This document shows positions 42,326-51,348 of a stretch of DNA of 64,000 nucleotides, one piece after another. A program made the position numbers and the translations under genes. Source of the DNA: Acidobacteriota bacterium. GTDB taxonomy: Bacteria; Acidobacteriota; Thermoanaerobaculia; Gp7-AA8. The stretch covers positions 96,001 through 160,000 of the forward strand of contig JAFATB010000006.1 in NCBI GenBank assembly GCA_019244185.1, read 5' to 3'. The notes beneath the pieces are model-generated. The model was not told the DNA's origin. It did not search any database and worked only from the letters and a program-made list of their open reading frames with translations. Position 1 is the first letter of the stretch; every line of letters starts with the position of its first letter.

Positions 42326-42943
42326 TCAGCGGCCGCAGCGTCCGCCGCGGCACGTCGGTGCGTGATGGCCCGGCGCGCACGGGGCGGCGCCGGGACGCGC
42401 GAACTTGCCCTGCACGGGCAGCGTGTGCGCGGCGGCGCGGGCGCCGAGGCGATCGGCTTCCGCCTCGAGCGAATGATCCTGCACGACGGCGACGCCGCTG
42501 CCGAACGGATTGCGAACGCGGCCGGAGCGCTGCTGCACGACGTGCGCGAGCTCGTGGCCGAGGATCTGCTGGCCGTTCGGCGAGGACGGGTTGTACTGGC
42601 CGGGAGCGAAGTGGATGTGCGAGCCCTGCGTGAAGGCGAGCGCGCCGATCGCCGACGCCTGCGGACCGACGTGCACGCGAACGTCGGCGAACGACGTCCC
42701 GTAGAACGACTCCATCTTCTGGCGGATGGAGGGAGGCAGCGGCTCGCCGCCGATGGTGGCGAAGTTCGCGAGCGTATCCGGAAGCTGCATCGCGTTCGCC
42801 CCGCCGTGCGGCTGCGCGACCGCATGCAGCTGCGGCGGCGTGGCCTTCGCCTGCTGCGGCGCGTTGCGCATCACACGCTGGCGCACCTCGGCGATGCGCG
42901 AGAATCCTTGCGGAAAGTGTCCCTGGATCACGGACGTACGCAT
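42326..42943 (-). CDS. Stand-alone DUF4157-like protein with short Cys/His/Arg-rich tail
   Basis: SD AAGGAG; close paralog of 38841..40037 through HELAHVVQQ...RVRNPFGSGVAVV; ends VQGKFARPGAAPCAPGHHAPTCRGGRCGR. Confidence 0.85.
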   Translation of the reverse strand: MRTSVIQGHFPQGFSRIAEVRQRVMRNAPQQAKATPPQLHAVAQPHGGANAMQLPDTLANFATIGGEPLPPSIRQKMESFYGTSFADVRVHVGPQASAIGALAFTQGSHIHFAPGQYNPSSPNGQQILGHELAHVVQQRSGRVRNPFGSGVAVVQDHSLEAEADRLGARAAAHTLPVQGKFARPGAAPCAPGHHAPTCRGGRCGR

Positions 42944-43029
42944 GCGGTTCTCCTTCCGGATGGACTTCATGATAGGCCGCCCGATGTCCGCAGACAAGCG
43001 CGGCGCGGACGCGGGTCTACACTTCCGGC

Positions 43030-45087
43030 ATGCCATTCACGCAGGACGGGCAGTACATCTCCATCTCCACCCCCCTCGGAAAGGACAAGCTGCTGCTGCG
43101 GCGCTTCAGCGGCGAAGAGCAGCTCTCCGGCCTGTTTCACTACGCCCTCGAGATGCAGTCCGAGGACGGCGCGCTCGATTTCTCGAAGATCGTCGGCAAG
43201 GCCGTGACCATCAGCATCGTCCTCGCCGACGGCACCACGCGCTACATCAACGGCATCGTCGGCCGCTTCGTGCAGGCCGGCGCGGACGCGGAGTTCTACA
43301 GCTACGCCGCCGATCTCTACCCCTGGTTCTGGCTCACGACCATGATCGCCGACTGCCGCGTCTACCAGAACAAGAGCGTCATCGACATCATCACGGGCCT
43401 CTTCGGCGAGCTCGGATTCACCGACTATAAAAATAGTACGACCGGCACGTACGCGGCGCTCGAGTACTGTGTGCAGTACAACGAGACCGTGTTCGCGTTC
43501 GTGTCGCGCCTCCTCGAAGACGCCGGCATCACGTACCACTTCGAGCACGCCGACGGCGTGCACACGCTCGTCCTCGCCGACGATTCCTCGGCCTACGCCG
43601 ACTGCCCCGGCGCGGCCACCGTGGCGCTCGGCACCTCCGGCAACTGGCTGCAGCAGAACGTCATGACCTCGTGCGTCGTCGAGCAGGTGGTCATCCCCGG
43701 CAAGTACGCCGTCGACGACTTCGGCTTCGAAACGCCGTCGACCGATCTCATGGGCTCGACCGACAGCACGGTGGCCATCGACGGCAGCAAGCGTCGCATC
43801 TACGAGTTCCCCGGCGGCTTCGTGAAGAAGGACGCGGCGGAAACGCTCGCGAAACTGCGCATGGAAGAACAGGAGTCGCCGCAGAAGACGCTCACCGGCA
43901 CGAGCTTCTGCCGCGCGTGGTTCGCCGGCGCGAAGACGACGCTGGCCGGCCATTCGCGCGACGACGTCAACACCGCGTACGTCGTCTCGCGTCTCGTGCA
44001 CAACGCGTCGCTCGACGGCTACGGAAACTCGTTCGAGGCCTTCCCCGCCACGGTCACGTATCGCCCGCCGCGCGTCACGCGCCGGCCGATCATCCCCGGC
44101 ACGCAGACGGCGATCGTCGTCGGCAAGTCGGGCGAGGAGATCTGGACCGACAAGTACGGCCGCGTGAAAGTGCAGTTCCACTGGGACCAACTCGGGAAGA
44201 ACGACGAGAACAGCTCGTGCTGGATCCGCGTCGCGCATGGCTGGGCGGGTAAAGCGTGGGGACAGATGTTTCTCCCGCGCATCGGCCAGGAAGTCGTCGT
44301 CAGCTTCCTCGAGGGGAACCCCGATCGCCCGCTGATCACCGGCGCGGTCTACAACGCGGAGCAGACCGTTCCCTACACGCTGCCGGCCGATCAGACCAAG
44401 AGCACGATCAAGACGAACGTGTCGAAAGGCGGCGGCGGCTTCAACGAGATCCGCTTCGAGGACAAGAAGGATTCGGAGGAGCTCTTCGTGCAGGCGGAGA
44501 AAGACCGCAACACCGTCGTCAAGAACAACGACGACCTCAAGGTCGGCTTCGAGAAAAAAGACAAAGGCAACCAGACCATCGCCATCTACAACGACCGCAC
44601 GGTATCGCTCGACGAGGGCAACGAGTCGCTGCAGGTGAAGAAAGGCAACCGCACGATCAACGTCGACAAGGGCAACGAGACGCACAACGTCGCCGGCACG
44701 CGCGACGTGAAAGTGACGAAAGCCGAGACGCACACGAACGAAGACAACTTCGATCAGAAAGTCACGAAAAACTACACGCTGAAGATCGACGGCAACCTCG
44801 AGATCACCGTCACCGGCAAGGTCACGATCAAGTCGACGCAGGACATGACGCTGCAGTCGTCCGCCGCGCTCACCGCCAAGGCCGGCACCGATCTCAAGAC
44901 CGAGGGGCTGACGATCTCGAACAAGGCTTCGACGGACCTCAAGAACGAGGGACTGAACGTGACGAACAAGGCCAGCGTCAATCTCTCCAACGAGGGCGCG
45001 ATGATCGCGAGCAAGGCCTCGGGGATGCACAACGTGGAGGCGAGCGGCATCCTCGTCGTGAAGGGCTCGCTCGTGAAGATCAACTAG
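43030..45087 (+). CDS. vgrG: T6SS spike protein VgrG (TssI), no evolved toxin domain
   Basis: GEEQLSGLF, YCVQYNET, GTQTAIVVG, DKYGRVKVQFHWD, PRIGQEVVVSFLEGNPDRP, beta-helix C-terminus. Confidence 0.97.
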   Translation: MPFTQDGQYISISTPLGKDKLLLRRFSGEEQLSGLFHYALEMQSEDGALDFSKIVGKAVTISIVLADGTTRYINGIVGRFVQAGADAEFYSYAADLYPWFWLTTMIADCRVYQNKSVIDIITGLFGELGFTDYKNSTTGTYAALEYCVQYNETVFAFVSRLLEDAGITYHFEHADGVHTLVLADDSSAYADCPGAATVALGTSGNWLQQNVMTSCVVEQVVIPGKYAVDDFGFETPSTDLMGSTDSTVAIDGSKRRIYEFPGGFVKKDAAETLAKLRMEEQESPQKTLTGTSFCRAWFAGAKTTLAGHSRDDVNTAYVVSRLVHNASLDGYGNSFEAFPATVTYRPPRVTRRPIIPGTQTAIVVGKSGEEIWTDKYGRVKVQFHWDQLGKNDENSSCWIRVAHGWAGKAWGQMFLPRIGQEVVVSFLEGNPDRPLITGAVYNAEQTVPYTLPADQTKSTIKTNVSKGGGGFNEIRFEDKKDSEELFVQAEKDRNTVVKNNDDLKVGFEKKDKGNQTIAIYNDRTVSLDEGNESLQVKKGNRTINVDKGNETHNVAGTRDVKVTKAETHTNEDNFDQKVTKNYTLKIDGNLEITVTGKVTIKSTQDMTLQSSAALTAKAGTDLKTEGLTISNKASTDLKNEGLNVTNKASVNLSNEGAMIASKASGMHNVEASGILVVKGSLVKIN

Positions 45088-45088
45088 T

Positions 45089-46054
45089 TTACTTTTTGCC
45101 GCCGAAGAGGTCGGGACGCTCGAGCCGGTTGAGATAGGACGAGATGACGAACTGCTGCAGCTCGCCGCCTTCGCCCTGGGTGATGTCTCCTCTCTCGATG
45201 TGCAGCGCGATCAGCCGGCACAGCCCGTTGACCAGCTCTATGTTCAACGCGCCGTTGACGAATGCGGCGTTCAACTCATCGGCGAGCGCGGAGCGCAACG
45301 CCGTCGCGAAACTGACGCCGAGCTGGCCGCCGACACCGCTGGAGTAGACCTTGGCCGAGGCGCTCGAGCCGGTCGAACTGATGCCGCCGCCGCAGCCGGA
45401 CACGCCACCGCGATGCACGCTCTTCGGGATCTGGATGACGGGCGCGCTGCGATACGAGCCGCCCATGCCGGCGCTGCGATAGGAGGCGCCGGGCACGACA
45501 TGCTCCCATTCGGTCGGCTTGCCCTCGTGGCCGCCCTTCTGGTTGTAGTACTTGACGCCGACGCTGTCGCTGCCCGGCGGAAAGAGCGACTGCCGCGCGC
45601 ACTTTTCGCCGGCGTAGCAGAAGACGTCGCCGCAGTAGAGGCAGCACTGCACGACCCCGCGCGCGCGGCGTTGAATGGCAGGAGCCGCGACACGCGCGCC
45701 GGCGCGCTGCGCAGGCGCGATCGCGCGCTGGACGGCACCAACGCCGCGTTGCATCGCCGCCGCAACATGGGGCGCCGGTCCGGCCTTCGGCTGCACCGCT
45801 GCCGCAACGTGCGCTGCCGCGGGTGCCTTCATCGTCCGTTGCATCGCCGCCGCAACGTGCGGCGCGGGTCCCGTCTTCGGCTGCACCGCTGCCGCGACAT
45901 GCGCGGCCGCCGGCACCTTCATCGTGCGCTGCATCGCCGCCGCGACATGCGGCGCCACGGCTGCATGGCGCTGCACGGCCGCGGCCGGCGACTGAGGCGT
46001 TGCCACGCGATTCGCGGGCGCGGCTAGCGGAACGGGCGGGCGGCGATCCGGCAT
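45089..46054 (-). CDS. Putative effector: Ala/Gln-Arg repeat N-terminus + Cys cluster + HNH-like nuclease
   Basis: Repeats PHVAAAMQR/AHVAAAVQP; VVQCCLYCGDVFCYAGEKC; EWEHVVP...PVIQIPKSVH...STG. Confidence 0.7.
   Translation of the reverse strand: MPDRRPPVPLAAPANRVATPQSPAAAVQRHAAVAPHVAAAMQRTMKVPAAAHVAAAVQPKTGPAPHVAAAMQRTMKAPAAAHVAAAVQPKAGPAPHVAAAMQRGVGAVQRAIAPAQRAGARVAAPAIQRRARGVVQCCLYCGDVFCYAGEKCARQSLFPPGSDSVGVKYYNQKGGHEGKPTEWEHVVPGASYRSAGMGGSYRSAPVIQIPKSVHRGGVSGCGGGISSTGSSASAKVYSSGVGGQLGVSFATALRSALADELNAAFVNGALNIELVNGLCRLIALHIERGDITQGEGGELQQFVISSYLNRLERPDLFGGKK
45745..45955 (-). repeat. ~90-bp intragenic tandem repeat (30-aa unit, ~2.3 copies)
   Basis: PHVAAAMQRTMK(V/A)PAAAHVAAAVQPK(T/A)GPA repeated; boundaries approximate. 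Confidence 0.8.
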
Positions 46055-46098
46055 TTTTTCTTCCTGCCGGAACAACTTACGTCCGGCGCCACCGCGAA

Positions 46099-47103
46099 TC
46101 AACCCTTCCGTCGCGCGACCACGAGGTGCACGTCGTACTCGACTGCGCTTCGGTCGTGCAGCCGCACGCGCCACGGCACGGACGCCACCTCGCGGTCGAT
46201 CGCAAACTCCTCGGCCAGCAGCGCGCGCAGGATCGGCTCCGCGGCGCCGCCGTGCGGTCCGCGTTGCGAGTGGCCGCCGAGCCACCCTTCGACGGGCGTC
46301 GCGGACGCGGACCAGTCGTACGGCGTCGCGACGAGCGCGGTGCCGCCGCCGCGCATGACGCGCCCGAGCTCGCGCAGCACTTCCGCGGGCGACGGCGTGC
46401 AGTCGACGAGATTCAGACTCGCCGCGACTCCAAACGTCGCGCCGCCGAACGGCAGCGCCGCGGCGTCGCAGCACCAGAAGTCGACGCGCTCGCGCGCGGG
46501 CAGCGTGACGTCGTCCTCGCGCCGCTCGTACACGACGCCGACGCGACGCCGCGCGTAGCGCACGCGTCCTGCGCGCAACGCCTGCGACGCGATGCGCAGC
46601 ATGGCGAAGTTGAGATCGATGCCGACGGTCAGCGCGTTCGTGCGCTCCGCGAGCGCGAACGTGGTGCGTCCCGTCGCGCAGCCGGCGTCGAGCGCGGGAC
46701 CCGCGAGCTCGTGCGCCGCATCGAGTCCGCGCGCGAGCACGCGCAGCGCGGCGCCGCCGCCGGAGCCGTAGTGATCGTCCGCGTAGATGCCGGTGTGCTG
46801 GCGCAGCGTGTCGTAGGCGGAGCCGGGTCCGAGGACGTCGCCGAGGAGGGACTCGATCGGCGCGGAGAGATCGTCGCGCAGCAGCACCTGCAGCGGATTC
46901 GCGGCGAGCCAGGTGCGGATCGCGCCGACGAAGATCGGGATGCCGTCGATGATCGGATACTCGCGCGCGCAATCGCGTCCCGCGCAGACGACGATGCCTT
47001 CGAGCACATCGTCCGCGTCGCCGCGTTCGATCGACGACAGCGCGAGCGGCGCGCGGCACAACGGACAGACCGGCTGCAGCGCCTCGAAATGCGAGCGGCG
47101 CAA
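46099..47103 (-). CDS. SAM methyltransferase with N-terminal Trm112-like Zn-ribbon
   Basis: VCPLCR...CAGRDCAREYPIIDGIP; LDAGCATGR, GIDLN, DAAALPF, TPYDW. Confidence 0.85.
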   Translation of the reverse strand: MRRSHFEALQPVCPLCRAPLALSSIERGDADDVLEGIVVCAGRDCAREYPIIDGIPIFVGAIRTWLAANPLQVLLRDDLSAPIESLLGDVLGPGSAYDTLRQHTGIYADDHYGSGGGAALRVLARGLDAAHELAGPALDAGCATGRTTFALAERTNALTVGIDLNFAMLRIASQALRAGRVRYARRRVGVVYERREDDVTLPARERVDFWCCDAAALPFGGATFGVAASLNLVDCTPSPAEVLRELGRVMRGGGTALVATPYDWSASATPVEGWLGGHSQRGPHGGAAEPILRALLAEEFAIDREVASVPWRVRLHDRSAVEYDVHLVVARRKG

Positions 47104-47490
47104 TCAGCCTCCGATCAGCACCGTCGGACAACCGGGCGGAAGGACTTTGCCGGTCGGTCCCGGAATCGGCGCGACGCACGAGGTATGCGCCGTCATGTCG
47201 CCGGCGCGCGCGGCGGGCATGTTGCCGATCAGCACCGTCGCCGAGCCGAGCGCGATCATCCCCGGGCCGCCGGGAACGCAGCCCGGCAGCATGCACGGTC
47301 CGGTGGTGTCGGTGAGACGCGCGGCGGGCATGTTGCCGATCAGCACCGTCGCTTCGCCTTTGAGGATCGTGAGCGGCAGCGCGGGATGCGCGGACGGCGT
47401 CGGCACCGGCGCGGGCGGATGGATCGGCGCGTGGCAGTGCGGCGAATCCTGCAGCACCATGTCCGTCATCCGCGCGGCGGGCTTCGACAT
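47104..47490 (-). CDS. PAAR-domain spike tip protein
   Basis: Three PAAR motifs (KPAARMTD, MPAARLTD, MPAARAGD) and TVLIG repeats. Confidence 0.95.
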   Translation of the reverse strand: MSKPAARMTDMVLQDSPHCHAPIHPPAPVPTPSAHPALPLTILKGEATVLIGNMPAARLTDTTGPCMLPGCVPGGPGMIALGSATVLIGNMPAARAGDMTAHTSCVAPIPGPTGKVLPPGCPTVLIGG

Positions 47491-47524
47491 GCGGCCGAGT
47501 ATAGCTCCTGCTATTCTCGCGAAC

Positions 47525-47953
47525 GTGGGTGCCACCGAGCGGATCGAGCGCGATGACGCGGGGCGCGTCCGCCGCCGCTACTCCGTCGACGACGACGGCG
47601 CTCTCGACGGAGAGCTCGTGCAGTACGACGAGCAGGGACACGTCGAAGTGCAGCTTCCGTATCGCACGGGCGTGCTCGACGGCGAGGCGCGTTTCTTCGA
47701 GCGCGGGCGACTGCAACTGCGCATGACGTATCGCAACGGCCTCGAAGAAGGCGAGCGCATTCTCTACGGCGAGCAGAACAAGCCGGCCATGACGGTCACG
47801 GTGCGCGCGGGCGTGCAGCACGGCACGACGAGCTGGTTCCGCGCCGACGGCTCGCTCATGCGCACCGCCGAGTTCGTCGACGGCGAAATGAAGGGCGAGC
47901 CGGTCGACTACGACGAGCGCGGACGCGCGGCGAAGAAGACGACTCGCAAATGA
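47525..47953 (+). CDS. MORN-repeat (YwqK-like) protein
   Basis: Repeats LDGELVQYDEQG, YRTGVLDGEARFF, YRNGLEEGERILY, GVQHGTTSWF, FVDGEMKG. Confidence 0.85.
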   Translation: MGATERIERDDAGRVRRRYSVDDDGALDGELVQYDEQGHVEVQLPYRTGVLDGEARFFERGRLQLRMTYRNGLEEGERILYGEQNKPAMTVTVRAGVQHGTTSWFRADGSLMRTAEFVDGEMKGEPVDYDERGRAAKKTTRK

Positions 47954-48081
47954 AGCACACCATCGTCACGATCCAGCTGCATCGCAAGGGCGTGATCCTG
48001 GTCATCATCGGCGCGGTGCTGCTCGCGATCCTGCTCGTGACGGCGGGATATCTCGCCGGCGCGGCGTCCGTGTCGCACTGA
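47950..48081 (+). CDS. 43-aa single-TM peptide
   Basis: ATGA overlap with the MORN gene; MKHTIVTIQLHRKGVILVIIGAVLLAILLVTAGYLAGAASVSH*. Confidence 0.55.
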   Translation: MKHTIVTIQLHRKGVILVIIGAVLLAILLVTAGYLAGAASVSH

Positions 48082-48122
48082 CGCGTTTGCCGATATAATT
48101 CGCGGACGTCCCTTCTCCGCCC

Positions 48123-49715
48123 ATGACACGGTTCCGCTTCGCGCTCTTTCTCGCGCTCGGGTTGTTTCTCGCCGCCTGCAACAAGGACGGCAATCCCGTC
48201 GCGCTGCCGACCGATCCCGGCGGCAACGCGCAACAGGTCACGCTCACACTGACGACGAACGTCTCGCAGGTCGAGACCGGCGCGACGTCCGCGACGATGC
48301 TGCGCGTCAGCGCCGTGAAAGGCGACGGCACCGCACCCGCCGACGGCACCGAAGCAAAGCTCAACACCTCCCTCGGCAACTTCGGCGTCGACAGCGGCGG
48401 CAAGCCGATCCAGCTCACGACCGTCACGCTCACCGGCGGCACCGCGCAGGTCGCGTTCTTCCCCGGCGCGACCGCGGGCGTCGCGAACATCCTCGCCTCA
48501 ATCGGCACGAACGTGGCCACGCTGAATCTGCCGATCGTCACGCCGCCGCCCGTGCCGGTCGCCGACTTCACGTTCGCGCAGACCGGACTCTCCGTCCTCT
48601 TCGCCGATGCGTCGACCGGCAATCCGACGCACTATCGCTGGCAGTTCGGCGACGGCACCGAAAGCACCGAGCGCAATCCGCAGCACGTCTACGCGACGGC
48701 GGGCACGTACATCGTCACGCTCACCGCGGGCAACTCGGCGGGCGACTCGAACAAGAGCCAGTTCGTCCCCGTCTCCCTCGGCACTCCCCCGAAAGCCGCG
48801 TTCACGTTCGAGGTGCAAGGTTCCGAGGTGCACTTCGTCAACCGGTCGACGGGAGGCGCGACGTCGTGGACGTGGAACTTCGGCGACGGCGTGCAGTCGG
48901 GCGATCGCGATCCGGTGCACACGTACGCGCACAGCGGCGCGTACACGGTCGTGCTCACCGCGACGAACGACGCGGGCTCCGATCACGCCAGCGACGTCGT
49001 CACGGTCGCCGGCGGCACGCCGCCCGTCGCGAAGTTCAACTCGCAGGTCTCGGGCAAGCAGGTCAACTTCATCGATCAGTCGACCGGCACGCCGACCGCG
49101 TGGCACTGGGACTTCGGCGACAACACGACGAGCACGGAAGAGAACCCGGTGCACACCTACGCGAGCGCCGGCAACTACACGGTCGTGCTGACGGTGTCGA
49201 ACGATGCGGGCTCCGACCACGCGAACGGCGTCGTCGCCATCGCCGCCGATCAGCCGCCGGTCGCTGCGTTCACGGCCACGCCGAACGGGCATCAGGTCAA
49301 CTTCGTCGATCAGTCGACCGGCAATCCGACGTCGTGGTCGTGGAGCTTCGGTGACGGCGGCGCGAGCACGCAGCGGAATCCGATCCACACGTACGCCGCG
49401 GCGGGCAACTACACCGTCACGCTGACGGTGGCGAACGACGGCGGCTCGGCGCAGGCGTCGAAGGTCGTGACGATCGCCGCGGGCGATCCGCCGAAAGCGG
49501 CGTTCGAGTTCGTCGTCAACAATAAGCAGGTGAACTTCGTCGACCGCTCGACGAATCATCCGACCTCGTATCTCTGGACGTTCGGCGACCACACGTCGAG
49601 CAGCGCGCAGAGCCCCATTCACACGTACGCGGCGAGCGGCACGTACACGGTGACGCTGGACGTCTCGAACGACGCAGGATCGGACTCGATCTCGCAGGCC
49701 GTGACGATTCCCTGA
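48123..49715 (+). CDS. Lipoprotein with invasin/Big-1-like domain and five PKD repeats
   Basis: Lipobox LAAC; five WxFGD...P.HxY..G.YTV.LT units; TATAAT upstream. Confidence 0.9.
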   Translation: MTRFRFALFLALGLFLAACNKDGNPVALPTDPGGNAQQVTLTLTTNVSQVETGATSATMLRVSAVKGDGTAPADGTEAKLNTSLGNFGVDSGGKPIQLTTVTLTGGTAQVAFFPGATAGVANILASIGTNVATLNLPIVTPPPVPVADFTFAQTGLSVLFADASTGNPTHYRWQFGDGTESTERNPQHVYATAGTYIVTLTAGNSAGDSNKSQFVPVSLGTPPKAAFTFEVQGSEVHFVNRSTGGATSWTWNFGDGVQSGDRDPVHTYAHSGAYTVVLTATNDAGSDHASDVVTVAGGTPPVAKFNSQVSGKQVNFIDQSTGTPTAWHWDFGDNTTSTEENPVHTYASAGNYTVVLTVSNDAGSDHANGVVAIAADQPPVAAFTATPNGHQVNFVDQSTGNPTSWSWSFGDGGASTQRNPIHTYAAAGNYTVTLTVANDGGSAQASKVVTIAAGDPPKAAFEFVVNNKQVNFVDRSTNHPTSYLWTFGDHTSSSAQSPIHTYAASGTYTVTLDVSNDAGSDSISQAVTIP

Positions 49716-49726
49716 GTGCTCGCGCG

Positions 49727-51004
49727 CTACTTCGTGATCGTCAGCATCGCCGTCCACGCGTTCGCGCGCCAGTTGCCGTTGAACTGCTGCGCGCTGGTCG
49801 TGATGATGCGCTGCTTGTACGTCGACCAGCCGACGGCGAGATCGAGCCAGTCGAGACCGAAGCCGGCGGTGACGGTGGTGCGGTCGGCGTCGGGATAGAA
49901 CGGTCCGACGTTCGCGTCCTTCTGCGGCGACTTCTCGAGGGCGTAGCCGAGGCGCAGTTGCGGACCAGTGGGAAAACGGAAGCGCGCGCCGGTGCGATAC
50001 GTCCACGCATCGCGGAAGCCGAGGTCGTAAGTCGTGTCGAGGACGTGCGCGTTGGGAACCGTGTACGTGACGGGGTTCGTGCCGCTCCACGCGGTGCGGC
50101 TGGTCTCGAGGACGAACATCCACGGCTTCGACGGCGCCCAGGTGATGCCGCCGCTGCTCTGCGAGGGGAAGCGGAACTTCGTGGCGATCGGCAGCGCCTG
50201 GCCGAACGGGAACGACGCGGCGATGAGCGTGTCGAGCTGCGCGTCGCCGGTGGAAACCTGCGTCATCTTCGCGACGCCCTGATAGGACGTGCTGATCGCG
50301 CTGTGATGCGCGAGCCCGAACGAGAAGCGCGCGCTCGGGCGGAGAAAGAGTCCGAGCGTCCAGCCGAACGAGCGCACGGTGTCGGTGTCGAAGGAGACGT
50401 CGGCGATCTCGCGCTGCGTTCCGCTGAAGTCGGCCGCGAGACGGCGCGCGCTGGAGAGACTCGACGAGCGATACGTGAGACCGACGCCGAGCGACGCGCT
50501 CGTGCCGAGCGCTTTCGCGAACGCCTGCGTCAGATCGAGCGTGTCGACTTTCGACTTCGTGGCGAGAAAGCGCCCGGAGAACGCGTCGGGCTGCGACCAT
50601 TCCGTCTGCTCGCGGAACGGCGTGTAGATGCCGGTGCCGCTGACCATCGTCTTGAGAAACGGCAGCGTTGCGTAGACGTGCGGCACGAGGCTCATCGGCG
50701 TCTTCTGCTCAGCCGCGGTGCCGGTGCCGGCGCCCGGAGGCAGTCCCTGATAGAGCGACTGATTGAACGCGCCCGCCATCACGCCGACCGCGGCGTTTTT
50801 CTTTTTCGGCAGCAGCGCGATCGCCGCGGGATTGCACGCCAGCGACGAGGGATCGGCGACCGAGACGCAGGCGCCCCCCACGCCCATCGAGCGCGCGCTC
50901 GGCCATCCGACCTCGAACGCGCCGGCGTGCAGCAGCGTTGCGTGAGCGAGGAGAACCGCGCCCGAGAGCGCACGGACGAAGAGCGTACGGCCGGCGGAAA
51001 GCAT
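49727..51004 (-). CDS. OmpP1/FadL-family outer-membrane transporter
   Basis: SARSMGVGGA...DPSSLACNPAAI, GIYTPF, FRDAWTYRTG, PDADR. Confidence 0.85.
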   Translation of the reverse strand: MLSAGRTLFVRALSGAVLLAHATLLHAGAFEVGWPSARSMGVGGACVSVADPSSLACNPAAIALLPKKKNAAVGVMAGAFNQSLYQGLPPGAGTGTAAEQKTPMSLVPHVYATLPFLKTMVSGTGIYTPFREQTEWSQPDAFSGRFLATKSKVDTLDLTQAFAKALGTSASLGVGLTYRSSSLSSARRLAADFSGTQREIADVSFDTDTVRSFGWTLGLFLRPSARFSFGLAHHSAISTSYQGVAKMTQVSTGDAQLDTLIAASFPFGQALPIATKFRFPSQSSGGITWAPSKPWMFVLETSRTAWSGTNPVTYTVPNAHVLDTTYDLGFRDAWTYRTGARFRFPTGPQLRLGYALEKSPQKDANVGPFYPDADRTTVTAGFGLDWLDLAVGWSTYKQRIITTSAQQFNGNWRANAWTAMLTITK

Positions 51005-51045
51005 GCCCGGAACTTTAGAGAGGCTGCGCGCGAGGCGTCAAGCAA

Positions 51046-51279
51046 TCACGTTCCGAAGCGATACTGCAGCGCGCGGCGGATCTCGTCGAGCTCCTGCGAC
51101 TCGCCGGCGCCGAGAGGCTTCGGAATCTCGATCGGACGGACGTTCTCATCGGTGAACGAGATGACGCAGTAATCAGCCCCCGGCGGCTCGACGACGTCGG
51201 CGATCTCCACGCCGTCGCGTCCCAGCTCGACCATCGCCTCACGGGCCATGCGGCGAATGCGGTCCTCGAAGTCGGTCAT
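51046..51279 (-). CDS. Small hypothetical protein
   Basis: MTDFEDRIRRMAREAMVELG..., host-like codon usage. Confidence 0.55.
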   Translation of the reverse strand: MTDFEDRIRRMAREAMVELGRDGVEIADVVEPPGADYCVISFTDENVRPIEIPKPLGAGESQELDEIRRALQYRFGT

Positions 51280-51290
51280 GCGCGACGACA

Positions 51291-51319
51291 CAAACAAAAA
51301 GCCCGCCACGTGGCGGGCT
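51291..51319 (-). terminator. Rho-independent terminator after the bacilliredoxin gene
   Basis: AGCCCGCC-ACGT-GGCGGGCT followed by TTTTGTTTG on the minus strand. Confidence 0.8.
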
Positions 51320-51348
51320 GGGGAAAAAGCGTGTGGCTTCGTTTGCGT

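Noticed and set aside
43030-45087. Evolved VgrG with toxin extension
   Set aside because: The C-terminus is only beta-helix repeats ending LVKIN.
45089-47821. Single 910-aa ORF
   Set aside because: The upstream two-thirds is an Arg/Ala-rich off-frame reading of the PAAR and methyltransferase genes; the real gene starts at 46054.
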